Source: Geotalea daltonii FRC-32 (GTDB lineage: Bacteria; Desulfobacterota; Desulfuromonadia; Geobacterales; Geobacteraceae). From it: a stretch of 32,000 nucleotides of DNA. Within the stretch, counting starts at the first letter, position 1. Each line of letters opens with the position of its first letter. The notes under the pieces were generated by a model, which saw only the letters and a list, made by a program, of their open reading frames with translations, was not told the origin of the DNA and searched no databases. The position numbers and the translations under genes were made by a program. Below are positions 9,078-16,022 of this stretch, piece after piece. The stretch spans positions 2,760,001 to 2,792,000 of the forward strand of contig NC_011979.1 in assembly GCF_000022265.1 (NCBI RefSeq), in the 5' to 3' direction.

Positions 9078-9410
9078 ATGGGAAGAAAATTGAATCAAGT
9101 CAAGCAGGAGCTGATGGCGGATGAGGAATTCAGACGGGAATACGATGCGCTGGAGGAGGAATTCTCAGTTGCTGCGCAGTTAATAGAAGCCCGGACGAAG
9201 GCAAACCTGACGCAGGAACAGGTGGCCCGGCGGATGGGGACGACGCAGTCAGTGGTGGCGCGGTTGGAATCGGGTCATCCATTGCCGAGTCTTCGGACGC
9301 TGCGCAAGTATGCATCTGCGGTAGGGAGCAGGGTGGAGATACGGTTGGTGGGGAAGCAGGTGAATGCCGTACATGAGTCGGCGGAGGGATACGGCGCCGA
9401 CGGCAACTGA
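9078..9410 (+). CDS. XRE-family helix-turn-helix antitoxin (HigA-like)
   Basis: 110 aa. The HTH reads LTQEQVARRMGTTQSVVARLESG. The gene sits downstream of the Gp49-like stub. The last ~13 codons are supplied by the dispersed repeat at 9369-9404. Confidence 0.8.
   Translation: MGRKLNQVKQELMADEEFRREYDALEEEFSVAAQLIEARTKANLTQEQVARRMGTTQSVVARLESGHPLPSLRTLRKYASAVGSRVEIRLVGKQVNAVHESAEGYGADGN
9369..9404. repeat. 36-nt dispersed repeat, copy 2
   Basis: GTACATGAGTCGGCGGAGGgatacGGCgCCGACGGC matches 3410-3445 at 32/36 positions and lies inside the 3' end of the antitoxin ORF. Confidence 0.7.
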
Positions 9411-9503
9411 AACCGATGGTTTAACTGTAAGAAGGGTTTAGCTTCGAGAATGGCAGAAAGGTAACCTGACACCGTTGTTTTCCCCTTGACTTTACTTATC
9501 ATG

Positions 9504-9537
9504 GATGTCCCCAGAATTCTGATGTCCCCGGAATTCT
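9504..9537. repeat. 2 x 17-bp tandem direct repeat
   Basis: GATGTCCCCAGAATTCT (9504-9520) is followed by GATGTCCCCGGAATTCT (9521-9537). ATGTCCCC recurs at 9750-9757. Confidence 0.85.
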
Positions 9538-9578
9538 CTTTGGGATGGGCAACTTCTTGCTATTAGCCGGTTTAAATG

Positions 9579-9607
9579 TTGACACAGGAACGGGAAGGGC
9601 GTACTAA
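9579..9607 (+). promoter_or_regulatory. Possible sigma70-type promoter ahead of the GHKL-nuclease gene
   Basis: TTGACA (9579-9584), a 17-nt spacer, then TACTAA (9602-9607). Confidence 0.3.
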
Positions 9608-9826
9608 ATCAACTATTATTAAGTTGTTTTGTTTATTCCCGGAGGATGGGATGGAATCCATTTTGGGTTATGTCGATTGGGAAGAACGCTTAAGTAAACT
9701 TCGGGCTGATGAACGTGCTTTTTGTTGATAGGAACAATTAATCCCTACCATGTCCCCCTCGGAATATTGAACAGTGGCCGTCGGAGAAATCTGACAGCAG
9801 AAGATACAGCCTATTTCGGAGCCCTT

Positions 9827-11848
9827 ATGAAAAACCTAGATGTTCTTATCACGACCCCCGGAATCAAAAAAACATTAAAGGGAATGACTGTCGAGAAGGC
9901 TATAGCTGAGTATATATGGAATGGATTTGATGCTAGTGCAACTAGTATTGAATTAGAATACCACACTAATGAGTTCGGTGCGGTTACTGAGATATCAGTA
10001 AAAGACAATGGCTATGGTGTTCAGTATGAAAATCTTGATAATAAGTTTGGCGTATTTATGTTCTCTGAAAAAGAAGCCCTCCACACAGGCAAACGCTTTT
10101 TATCAGGCATAAGAGGTAAAAGAGGCGTTGGTCGTCTGTCATTTTTTCACTTCTCACGGCACGCTAAATGGGAAACAACTTACCAAACAAAAACAGGAAA
10201 GTTGCACTTCGATATAAATGTCACTTCAGATAATTTGGTAAAGTACGCTGCATCACCAATTGAACCAACTAATGATGGCATAGGAACTAAAGTTGTTTTG
10301 CAGGAGGTAAGTGACGTATACGATACTTCGTTTAAAGAGGAAATAATACCTTATCTGTGTAAAGAATTTTGTTGGTATTTGAAGTTAAACAAACAATATT
10401 CAATAAAGGTCAATGGTGTGGAAATAGATTATTCTAAGTTAATAGCTGAAGAAGATAGTGCTTCTTTCATATTTGACGAATCAAAAACATTGTTTTCTAT
10501 AGATTACGTCCGTTGGTCAGAAAAACCAAATGATGAATACTCTCGTTATTATTGTAAATCTTTGAATGAAGAGGAAAAGCTCACCAATCCAACAACATTA
10601 AACAATAAGGGCGATGAATTTCATCACAGTGTATATATTACGAGCAGCTTCTTCGAAAAGTTTGCACCTGTAAGAACAGATGGTGAGGATCAAGTTAGTT
10701 TTGAGTTCAGCAACAATATGAGCAGTCCAGAATTTAGATATATCATGTCCGAAGTATCAGACTTTTTGAGAAAAAAACGAAAACCCTTTCTCAAAAAATA
10801 TACTGATAAACTCATTGCTGATTATGAACAAGAAGGTGTTCTACCCAAGCTAAAAAATGCGAATGATTGGGAAGTAGTGAAGCATAAAGTTCTCGAAGAC
10901 ACCATCCGAGAATTGTATCAGGTCCAACCAAGGATATTTACTAGACAGAATGTGATTCAAAAAAAGGTCTTTGTCAGGTTTCTGGAACTATTAATGGATA
11001 GCCATGAATTTGAAAGGGTCTTTGATATTATAAAGGAGGTTGTAGAGCTTGAACCAACTGAACGAAAGCAACTTGCAGAGATATTAAAGACCTCAAGATT
11101 GTCTTCTGTAATACGAACGATTGAGCTTATTCACAACCGATATAAAGCAGTGTCGGGGTTAAAAAAATTAGTATTTGACGAAGATCTTAAAGCTAAAGAG
11201 GTCCCACATATACAAATTTTTATGGAAAATAATTATTGGTTAATCGGAGAACAGTACAATATTATCACTGCTGCTGAACCGACATTTGAGGAAGCGCTTA
11301 GAAGATATAACTATCTTCTTACAAAGGAAGATAAAAAAATTAAGATCAATCACCCAAACAAGAATTGTCAAATGGACCTTTTCCTTATCAGGCAAGATTA
11401 CGACGGCGACATTATAAAGAATGTTGTCTTGGAGCTTAAGCACCCAAATGTAAGACTAGGTAAAAAACAACTCGATCAGATTGACAAATATTTTGAGGTC
11501 ATATTAAAACAACCTGAATTTAATGCAAGTAACATGACTTGGGAATTTCATTTGATCGGGAATAGATTGGATGCAAGTGAATACATAGAGAGACAATATA
11601 AAAATGCGTCACTTCATGGAGAAAGATGCTTAGTTTATAAAGATGATAGATATAAGATATACGTAAAAACTTGGAGTGAAATATTCAACACTTTTGAACT
11701 TAGGCACAAATTCCTGAATGACAGACTGGAAATAGCACGAGATACGGTAGCGCGAGATACAATAGGTAAAAATGCAGATGACATAGTAAAAACTGCAAGC
11801 ATGAACCTTGTACCGATGGAGTCTAGTGTCTTTATTGCTACTGCCTAA
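9827..11848 (+). CDS. GHKL (Bergerat-fold) ATPase fused to a C-terminal Shedu/DUF4263-like PD-(D/E)xK nuclease domain
   Basis: The GHKL motifs are an N-box AEYIWNGFDASA, G1 DNGYG, G2 GKRGVGRLSFF and G3 GIGTKVVL. The C-terminal part reads HIQIFMENNYWLIGEQY...QMDLFLIRQD...NVVLELKHPNVRLGKKQLDQIDKY, a D...ExK arrangement with a Q..Y tail. The ORF is open from TTG 9722. ATG 9827 is preferred because GGAG lies 5 nt upstream and the AT-rich composition begins there. The gene uses strongly AT-rich codons, unlike its neighbours. Confidence 0.75.
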   Translation: MKNLDVLITTPGIKKTLKGMTVEKAIAEYIWNGFDASATSIELEYHTNEFGAVTEISVKDNGYGVQYENLDNKFGVFMFSEKEALHTGKRFLSGIRGKRGVGRLSFFHFSRHAKWETTYQTKTGKLHFDINVTSDNLVKYAASPIEPTNDGIGTKVVLQEVSDVYDTSFKEEIIPYLCKEFCWYLKLNKQYSIKVNGVEIDYSKLIAEEDSASFIFDESKTLFSIDYVRWSEKPNDEYSRYYCKSLNEEEKLTNPTTLNNKGDEFHHSVYITSSFFEKFAPVRTDGEDQVSFEFSNNMSSPEFRYIMSEVSDFLRKKRKPFLKKYTDKLIADYEQEGVLPKLKNANDWEVVKHKVLEDTIRELYQVQPRIFTRQNVIQKKVFVRFLELLMDSHEFERVFDIIKEVVELEPTERKQLAEILKTSRLSSVIRTIELIHNRYKAVSGLKKLVFDEDLKAKEVPHIQIFMENNYWLIGEQYNIITAAEPTFEEALRRYNYLLTKEDKKIKINHPNKNCQMDLFLIRQDYDGDIIKNVVLELKHPNVRLGKKQLDQIDKYFEVILKQPEFNASNMTWEFHLIGNRLDASEYIERQYKNASLHGERCLVYKDDRYKIYVKTWSEIFNTFELRHKFLNDRLEIARDTVARDTIGKNADDIVKTASMNLVPMESSVFIATA

Positions 11849-11865
11849 AATCTTACGAATAAGTA

Positions 11866-11925
11866 GGGGTCGCGTCTCAACTTCTGACGTTGTCAAGAGT
11901 TGAGACGCGACCCCTTTGTGTTTGG
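11866..11925 (+). terminator. Intrinsic terminator of the GHKL-nuclease gene
   Basis: A perfect 17-bp stem, GGGGTCGCGTCTCAACT (11866-11882) with AGTTGAGACGCGACCCC (11898-11914), has a 15-nt loop and is followed by TTTGTGTTT. Confidence 0.8.
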
Positions 11926-12042
11926 GGAGTAATAGGGGACGTTGTTTGTTTGTCGATTTGTACTTACTAACTAGCTGAAATTATGTCTATGAAGTCAACT
12001 GCATCTCGATGCGAAAAATATGTTAGCAAACCAGCAAACAAC

Positions 12043-12095
12043 GTCCCTGTCCCCTTTCCGTCCCCGTCCCCTTTCCCGTCCCCGTCCCCTTTCCG
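12043..12095. repeat. C-rich tandem repeat (GTCCCCTTTCC(C)GTCCCC x ~3); G-runs on the minus strand
   Basis: The sequence reads gtccct gtcccctttcc gtcccc gtcccctttccc gtcccc gtcccctttcc. That gives at least 7 runs of C3-4 separated by 2-5 nt. Confidence 0.9.
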
Positions 12096-12112
12096 TTGTC
12101 TGTGTGAATCTA

Positions 12113-12256
12113 TCAATTTTTTGGATTTATTACGCTTCTCCTCCCGTTCTTACCAGCTCCATTACGGTTATCGTTATGATCACCGTGCATAAAGGAGCAC
12201 ATACATCCTCCCAACAAAGCAAGCGCTGCAATCGATAGCAAAATCATTTTCTTCAT
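12113..12256 (-). CDS. Putative small lipoprotein (47 aa)
   Basis: On the minus strand, GAGGT lies 6 nt ahead of the ATG. The product is MKKMILLSIAALALLGGC MCSFMHGDHNDNRNGAGKNGRRSVINPKN, with a signal peptide and an L-L-G-G-C lipobox-like site. It is too short for the ORF track and I recognise no homologue. Confidence 0.35.
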   Translation of the reverse strand: MKKMILLSIAALALLGGCMCSFMHGDHNDNRNGAGKNGRRSVINPKN

Positions 12257-12462
12257 GCATTAACCTCAAGCACGTTGGCTAACAGGACACTGTGTTTACC
12301 TGCCTGTGCCCCTTCAATTTTATCTCACCCTATCAGCAACGTTGCCTTGGAAAATGGTGCAAAATCAGTAATCTTGTATACTTTGGCTATTCGAGACGTT
12401 GGTAAGTCAACAGGATCAAAGTTATTGTACTACCTTCTATATTGGACTGCAAAGGGGCAACC

Positions 12463-13425
12463 ATGCCAATAAAGGGTCAGGTGCAAACCAGCGCGATAAT
12501 AAAACTAATTATCCTGTCAGTGATCGTTTTGGTGGTCACGCTTCTCCATTTCATGACTCCCACAGAGCCTCATATCTATCATCAACTGCACATAATTTTC
12601 AGAAAACTTTATTTCCTACCTCCAGTGATGGCCGGTGCCTGGTTTGGCTTGCGCGGTGCGTTGATTACTACGCTCAGCATTAGCATCCTCTTCTCTCTTC
12701 ATGCTTTTCTTGATTGGCCAGGCAATTACATGGAGCAGGCAAATCAACTGGGTGAACTGGCGGGCTTCTGGGTGGTCGGATTGGTGCCGGGATATCTCTT
12801 TGATCGCCAGAAAAAGCTGTTGATTGACGTTGCCAATGCCAACGAAGAAACCTTGATCGCCTTGGTATCTGCCCTTGATCTGAGGGAACATAATACTCAA
12901 ATGCATTCCCGGCGAGTGCGGGAATATGCGCTGCTCATTGCCAGGCAGTTAGGGATTGATGAACGAAGATCTGTCAATATCGGCTTCGGGGCTCTTCTTC
13001 ATGATGTGGGAAAGATTGCCGTCCCAGACCATATTCTTCTTAAACAGGGAAGGCTTACGGAAGACGAATGGAAAGAGATGCGCAAGCACCCAGAAGCTGG
13101 CTATGGCATCATAAAGAAAATCAACTTTTTAAAGGAAGCGGCCGAAATTGCCTATACACACCATGAACGATTCGATGGGCAAGGGTATCCGCGTGGGCTG
13201 CGGGGAGAAGAGATACCATACGGCGCTCGTATCTTTATGGTGGCTGATGTCTTTGACGCCCTTAGTTCCACCCGGTCTTACCATACAGCTTCTACCTACG
13301 AAGAATGCACAAAAATGATCAAGGAGGAGAGTGGCAAACATTTTGATTCGAAAGTAGTGGGCGCCTTTCTCCTGATCGATCGGAAGCAAATAGAAGCAAT
13401 CCAGACCGAATACGCCGATGGTTGA
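12463..13425 (+). CDS. Membrane-anchored HD-GYP domain phosphodiesterase (c-di-GMP)
   Basis: HDVGKIAVP, HPEAGY and HHERFDGQGYPRGL motifs follow about four N-terminal TM segments. ATG 12463 is preferred over TTG 12442. Confidence 0.88.
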   Translation: MPIKGQVQTSAIIKLIILSVIVLVVTLLHFMTPTEPHIYHQLHIIFRKLYFLPPVMAGAWFGLRGALITTLSISILFSLHAFLDWPGNYMEQANQLGELAGFWVVGLVPGYLFDRQKKLLIDVANANEETLIALVSALDLREHNTQMHSRRVREYALLIARQLGIDERRSVNIGFGALLHDVGKIAVPDHILLKQGRLTEDEWKEMRKHPEAGYGIIKKINFLKEAAEIAYTHHERFDGQGYPRGLRGEEIPYGARIFMVADVFDALSSTRSYHTASTYEECTKMIKEESGKHFDSKVVGAFLLIDRKQIEAIQTEYADG

Positions 13426-13464
13426 TTTGTGCGGAAGAAATAAGGGACATGATACGCATAACGA

Positions 13465-13492
13465 AAGAAGAGGCGCTCAGGCGCCTCTTCTT
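13465..13492. terminator. Bidirectional hairpin terminator between the convergent HD-GYP and cupin genes
   Basis: A perfect 12-bp stem, AAGAAGAGGCGC (13465-13476) with GCGCCTCTTCTT (13481-13492), has a TCAG loop and is flanked by A-rich and T-rich sequence. Confidence 0.65.
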
Positions 13493-13553
13493 GTTCGGAC
13501 GAAATTCTGGGAGGGGAGGCCATACCGATAATGAAACCAAATCCCCTTAGCCC

Positions 13554-14024
13554 TCACTCTTTAGGCGCTTTCAAGACCTTCAAGCTCCACGGCCCCGTGG
13601 TTGCAATCTGCAGAATCGTTTCCTCGTCTACCCAGGCGTTGTGGACCAGTCCTGCGGGGAGAGAAAAATAACCGCCGGCTGGCAAAACGGTGGGACTTTT
13701 CTGCTCATCACCCATGGCCAGATTGATGCTCCCGGAAATCACGGTTACCCTTTCCACATTATCATGAATATGGGTAGGTATTTTAGTTCCTGCAGGAAGC
13801 ATGAGCCGCATGACGAAGAATCCCTTTTTCTTGGGATTTCCTTCCAATACCGCCACTTTGGATGTGGGCAGCGAGGGTGGGCCGTTTTTCCACTGGAGCT
13901 GATTCGGTGCCAGGATGATCTTGTCGGTCGCCGACCCCTTTTTCTTTTCCGCCGTCAATCCAGCCGTCACCCAGCTAAGCGAAACCAGCACAAGGAGTAC
14001 AACCGATAGCCATTTGCTTTTCAT
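13554..14024 (-). CDS. Secreted cupin domain protein
   Basis: 156 aa. It has a signal peptide (MKSKWLSVVLLVLVSLSWVTAGLTA) and a cupin core (PTHIHDNVERVTVISG...LPAGLVHNAW). The RBS is AGGAGG. Confidence 0.75.
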   Translation of the reverse strand: MKSKWLSVVLLVLVSLSWVTAGLTAEKKKGSATDKIILAPNQLQWKNGPPSLPTSKVAVLEGNPKKKGFFVMRLMLPAGTKIPTHIHDNVERVTVISGSINLAMGDEQKSPTVLPAGGYFSLPAGLVHNAWVDEETILQIATTGPWSLKVLKAPKE

Positions 14025-14173
14025 GAGCGTTCCTCCTGTAATGAGCGTTCCTGCCTAAGATAACTGTAATATCCATTTCCAAAGCGTCAAATGTTCAAGC
14101 GTCTCAAACTCCTTTGCCCCTCATCCTCTCACTCGTTATAATCCTGTTATAACAAGAACCAAAGGAGCATCGT

Positions 14174-14419
14174 ATGCGCCGAAAGATTTGCGCCATAGGC
14201 AACAGCCGAGGGGTGTCGCTTCCCAACGAGGCCCTGGAAAAGCTGAAACTGGCGGTGGGATCGGAAGTGGATGTGCAGGTGGATGAGGAACATGGACGGA
14301 TCGTGATTGAACCGGTCAAAGCGGCGTCTTATGCGGAAGGGGGGGATGAAGCCTTTGCCTCTCAGGTCAATGATTTCATCGAGCAGTACAAACCGGCGTT
14401 GAAAAAGCTCGCCGAATGA
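14174..14419 (+). CDS. AbrB/MazE/SpoVT-family antitoxin (Phd-type partner of Doc)
   Basis: 81 aa. It reads ICAIGNSRGVSLPNEALEKLKLAVGSEVDVQVDEEHGRIVIEPV, a swapped-hairpin AbrB fold signature. The RBS is AAAGGAG. Its stop overlaps the ATG of the Doc stub. Confidence 0.8.
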   Translation: MRRKICAIGNSRGVSLPNEALEKLKLAVGSEVDVQVDEEHGRIVIEPVKAASYAEGGDEAFASQVNDFIEQYKPALKKLAE

Positions 14420-14487
14420 TGAAATACCTGACGCCTCAACAGATACTCTTCATCCATTACCGTCTTACCAGACCCTTGATGAGCTGA
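14416..14487 (+). pseudogene. Doc (death-on-curing) toxin stub, 23 codons
   Basis: MMKYLTPQQILFIHYRLTRPLMS* matches a typical Doc N-terminus (YLT..(E/Q).(I/V)L.IH..L). The ATGA overlap with the antitoxin stop is typical of TA operons. There is no Fic motif, so the body of the gene has been deleted. Confidence 0.6.
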
Positions 14488-14584
14488 TCGAGAGCTTTAC
14501 CCGCAACACCATCCCTAAATGATAATGCAGGAACGACATACCGCTTAAATCTCTTTTTCTTCCCGAACAAATGACACTTTCGCC

Positions 14585-14613
14585 TTGACATGAATAACTT
14601 CTTAAACTACTAT
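14585..14613 (+). promoter_or_regulatory. Sigma70-type promoter of the Rrf2 gene
   Basis: TTGACA (14585-14590), a 17-nt spacer, then TACTAT (14608-14613), 31 nt upstream of the TTG start. Confidence 0.45.
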
Positions 14614-14644
14614 TCCTACAAATTTAGTCATAAAAGGCCATCCT

Positions 14645-15049
14645 TTGAAACTCACCTCCCGAAGCGAATATGCACTTCTGGCACTTATCTATCTGGCCCG
14701 TACCGGCAGCGAAAATCTTGTCCCCGTCCAGACCATTGCCACCGCCCAAGGCATTCCCCCAAAGTTTCTCGAACAGATTCTCCTGATCCTGAAACGGGCC
14801 AAGTTCCTCCGCAGCCTGCGGGGGCAGGCGGGGGGCTATGCCCTGGCCAGACCTGCAAGCCAGATCCATCTTGCCGAGGTGATCAGGCTCTTCGATGGGG
14901 CGCTGGCTCCCACGGAGTCGGTAAGTGTCTACTTTTACGAATCGACCCCAATTGAGAAAGAGCAGAAACTCATTTCCGTATTTAAGGATATCCGGGACTA
15001 CGTTGCCGGAAAGCTGGAGAACACCACCCTGGCTGACGTGAGCGAATGA
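14645..15049 (+). CDS. Rrf2-family transcriptional regulator without cysteines (CymR-like rather than IscR-like)
   Basis: 134 aa. It reads MKLTSRSEYALLALIYLAR...IPPKFLEQILLILKRAKFLRSLRGQAGGYALAR, a winged-HTH of the Rrf2 family. The whole protein contains no Cys, so it cannot bind an Fe-S cluster the IscR/NsrR way. The start codon is TTG. Confidence 0.85.
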   Translation: MKLTSRSEYALLALIYLARTGSENLVPVQTIATAQGIPPKFLEQILLILKRAKFLRSLRGQAGGYALARPASQIHLAEVIRLFDGALAPTESVSVYFYESTPIEKEQKLISVFKDIRDYVAGKLENTTLADVSE

Positions 15050-15236
15050 AACGGTTCTTTTTTGCCCTGGCTGTGCCAATCAGCGGGCTTGCTTGTGCGG
15101 CGTGCAGATGTACGCCGCCGCGCAATCCCTTTATTTCCTTGCCAGAACAAAAAAATCCTCGTTTCAGAAGGTAAAGAAGAGAAACTTTTTTTGTACATTA
15201 ATACGACAAAACCGGTAGGAAAAGGAGGAAAAGCAA

Positions 15237-16022
15237 ATGGTGACAAGTATCACGATTATCGGCGGCAAAGGCAAGAATGGAGCGGCAGAGGCGGTGGAGA
15301 GGCTGGAGTTGAAAATGGGGGATGTGGTCAGCATTGTCGGCCCGACCGGATCGGGGAAGACCACGTTGATAAATGACCTGGAGCTGTTCGCCGATGGCAG
15401 CACTCCTACGGGCCGCCGGGTGCTCATCAACGGTGCCTTGCCGGAGGCTGAGTATCGCCATGACCCCTCCCGCAATCCCATTGCCCTGATTACCCAGCAC
15501 ACTACCTTTCTCTCCGATCTTCCCGTAAAGGAATTTCTCAGTACCCATGCCCGTATCCGCAGTACCGACGGCATAGAGGGAGAGCAGATCGTTGCCGAGA
15601 CCCTGGACTTTGCCAACCAGCTTACCGGCGAGGCCATTGCCCTGGACAGCCGCATGACCGAGCTTTCCGGCGGTCAGACCCGTGCCCTGCTCATTGCCGA
15701 TGCCACCATCATCTGCAATACCCCCATCGTTCTTCTGGACGAGGTGGAAAATGCCGGCATCCACCGTAGCCGCGCCCTGGAGCTGCTGCGCCAGTACCGC
15801 AAGATCTTCATCTTCGTCACCCACGATCCGCGCATTGCCCTGTTATCGGACTATCGCATCGTCATGGAAAAGGGAACGATGACAAAAGTGCTGCATACCG
15901 ACGAACAGGAACAGCGACTTTCCCACCAGGTAAGCCGTCTGGACGACATTCTGTCTGTTTTGCGGGAGAAGATGCGGCTTGGCGAAAACCTGGGTGGATT
16001 GGAACTGGAGGGATTGGCATGA
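15237..16022 (+). CDS. Stand-alone ABC-type ATPase (no cognate permease adjacent)
   Basis: 261 aa. It has Walker A GPTGSGKTT, signature LSGGQTRA, Walker B IVLLDEV and H-loop VTHDP. The RBS is AAGGAGG. Its stop overlaps the next ATG (ATGA at 16019-16022). Confidence 0.85.
   Translation: MVTSITIIGGKGKNGAAEAVERLELKMGDVVSIVGPTGSGKTTLINDLELFADGSTPTGRRVLINGALPEAEYRHDPSRNPIALITQHTTFLSDLPVKEFLSTHARIRSTDGIEGEQIVAETLDFANQLTGEAIALDSRMTELSGGQTRALLIADATIICNTPIVLLDEVENAGIHRSRALELLRQYRKIFIFVTHDPRIALLSDYRIVMEKGTMTKVLHTDEQEQRLSHQVSRLDDILSVLREKMRLGENLGGLELEGLA

Noticed and set aside
9651-9728. 25-codon ORF MESILGYVDWEERLSKLRADERAFC with GGAGGA upstream, just before the GHKL gene
   Set aside because: The sequence is protein-like but too short, has only a 4-nt RBS spacer, and I can identify no homologue. 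It may be the stub of a gene truncated at the insert boundary. It is not reportable as a feature.
9504-12095. Tandem repeats at 9504-9537 and 12043-12095 as a possible CRISPR array
   Set aside because: The units are 17-18 bp and directly abutting, with no unique spacers. No cas genes are present.
11983-12238. ORFs 11983-12192 and 12020-12238 (+) encoding PFPSPSPFPSPSPF-type peptides
   Set aside because: The proline/serine repeats are simply the translation of the C-rich tandem DNA repeat. There is no start context, and they overlap the better-supported minus-strand lipoprotein ORF.
14023-14052. 12-bp direct repeat ATGAGCGTTCCT (14023-14034 and 14041-14052) over the cupin start codon/RBS
   Set aside because: It is real in the sequence but looks like a trivial 18-bp local duplication of the translation-initiation region. 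I can support no functional inference.
1-14487. Idea that the Doc C-terminal fragment (1-322) and the Doc N-terminal stub (14416-14487) are two halves of one gene split by a 14-kb insertion
   Set aside because: Both are on the plus strand, but the C-terminal piece lies upstream of the N-terminal piece, which a simple insertion cannot produce. The first fragment also has its own degenerate upstream Doc-like sequence. They are more likely two independent Doc loci.
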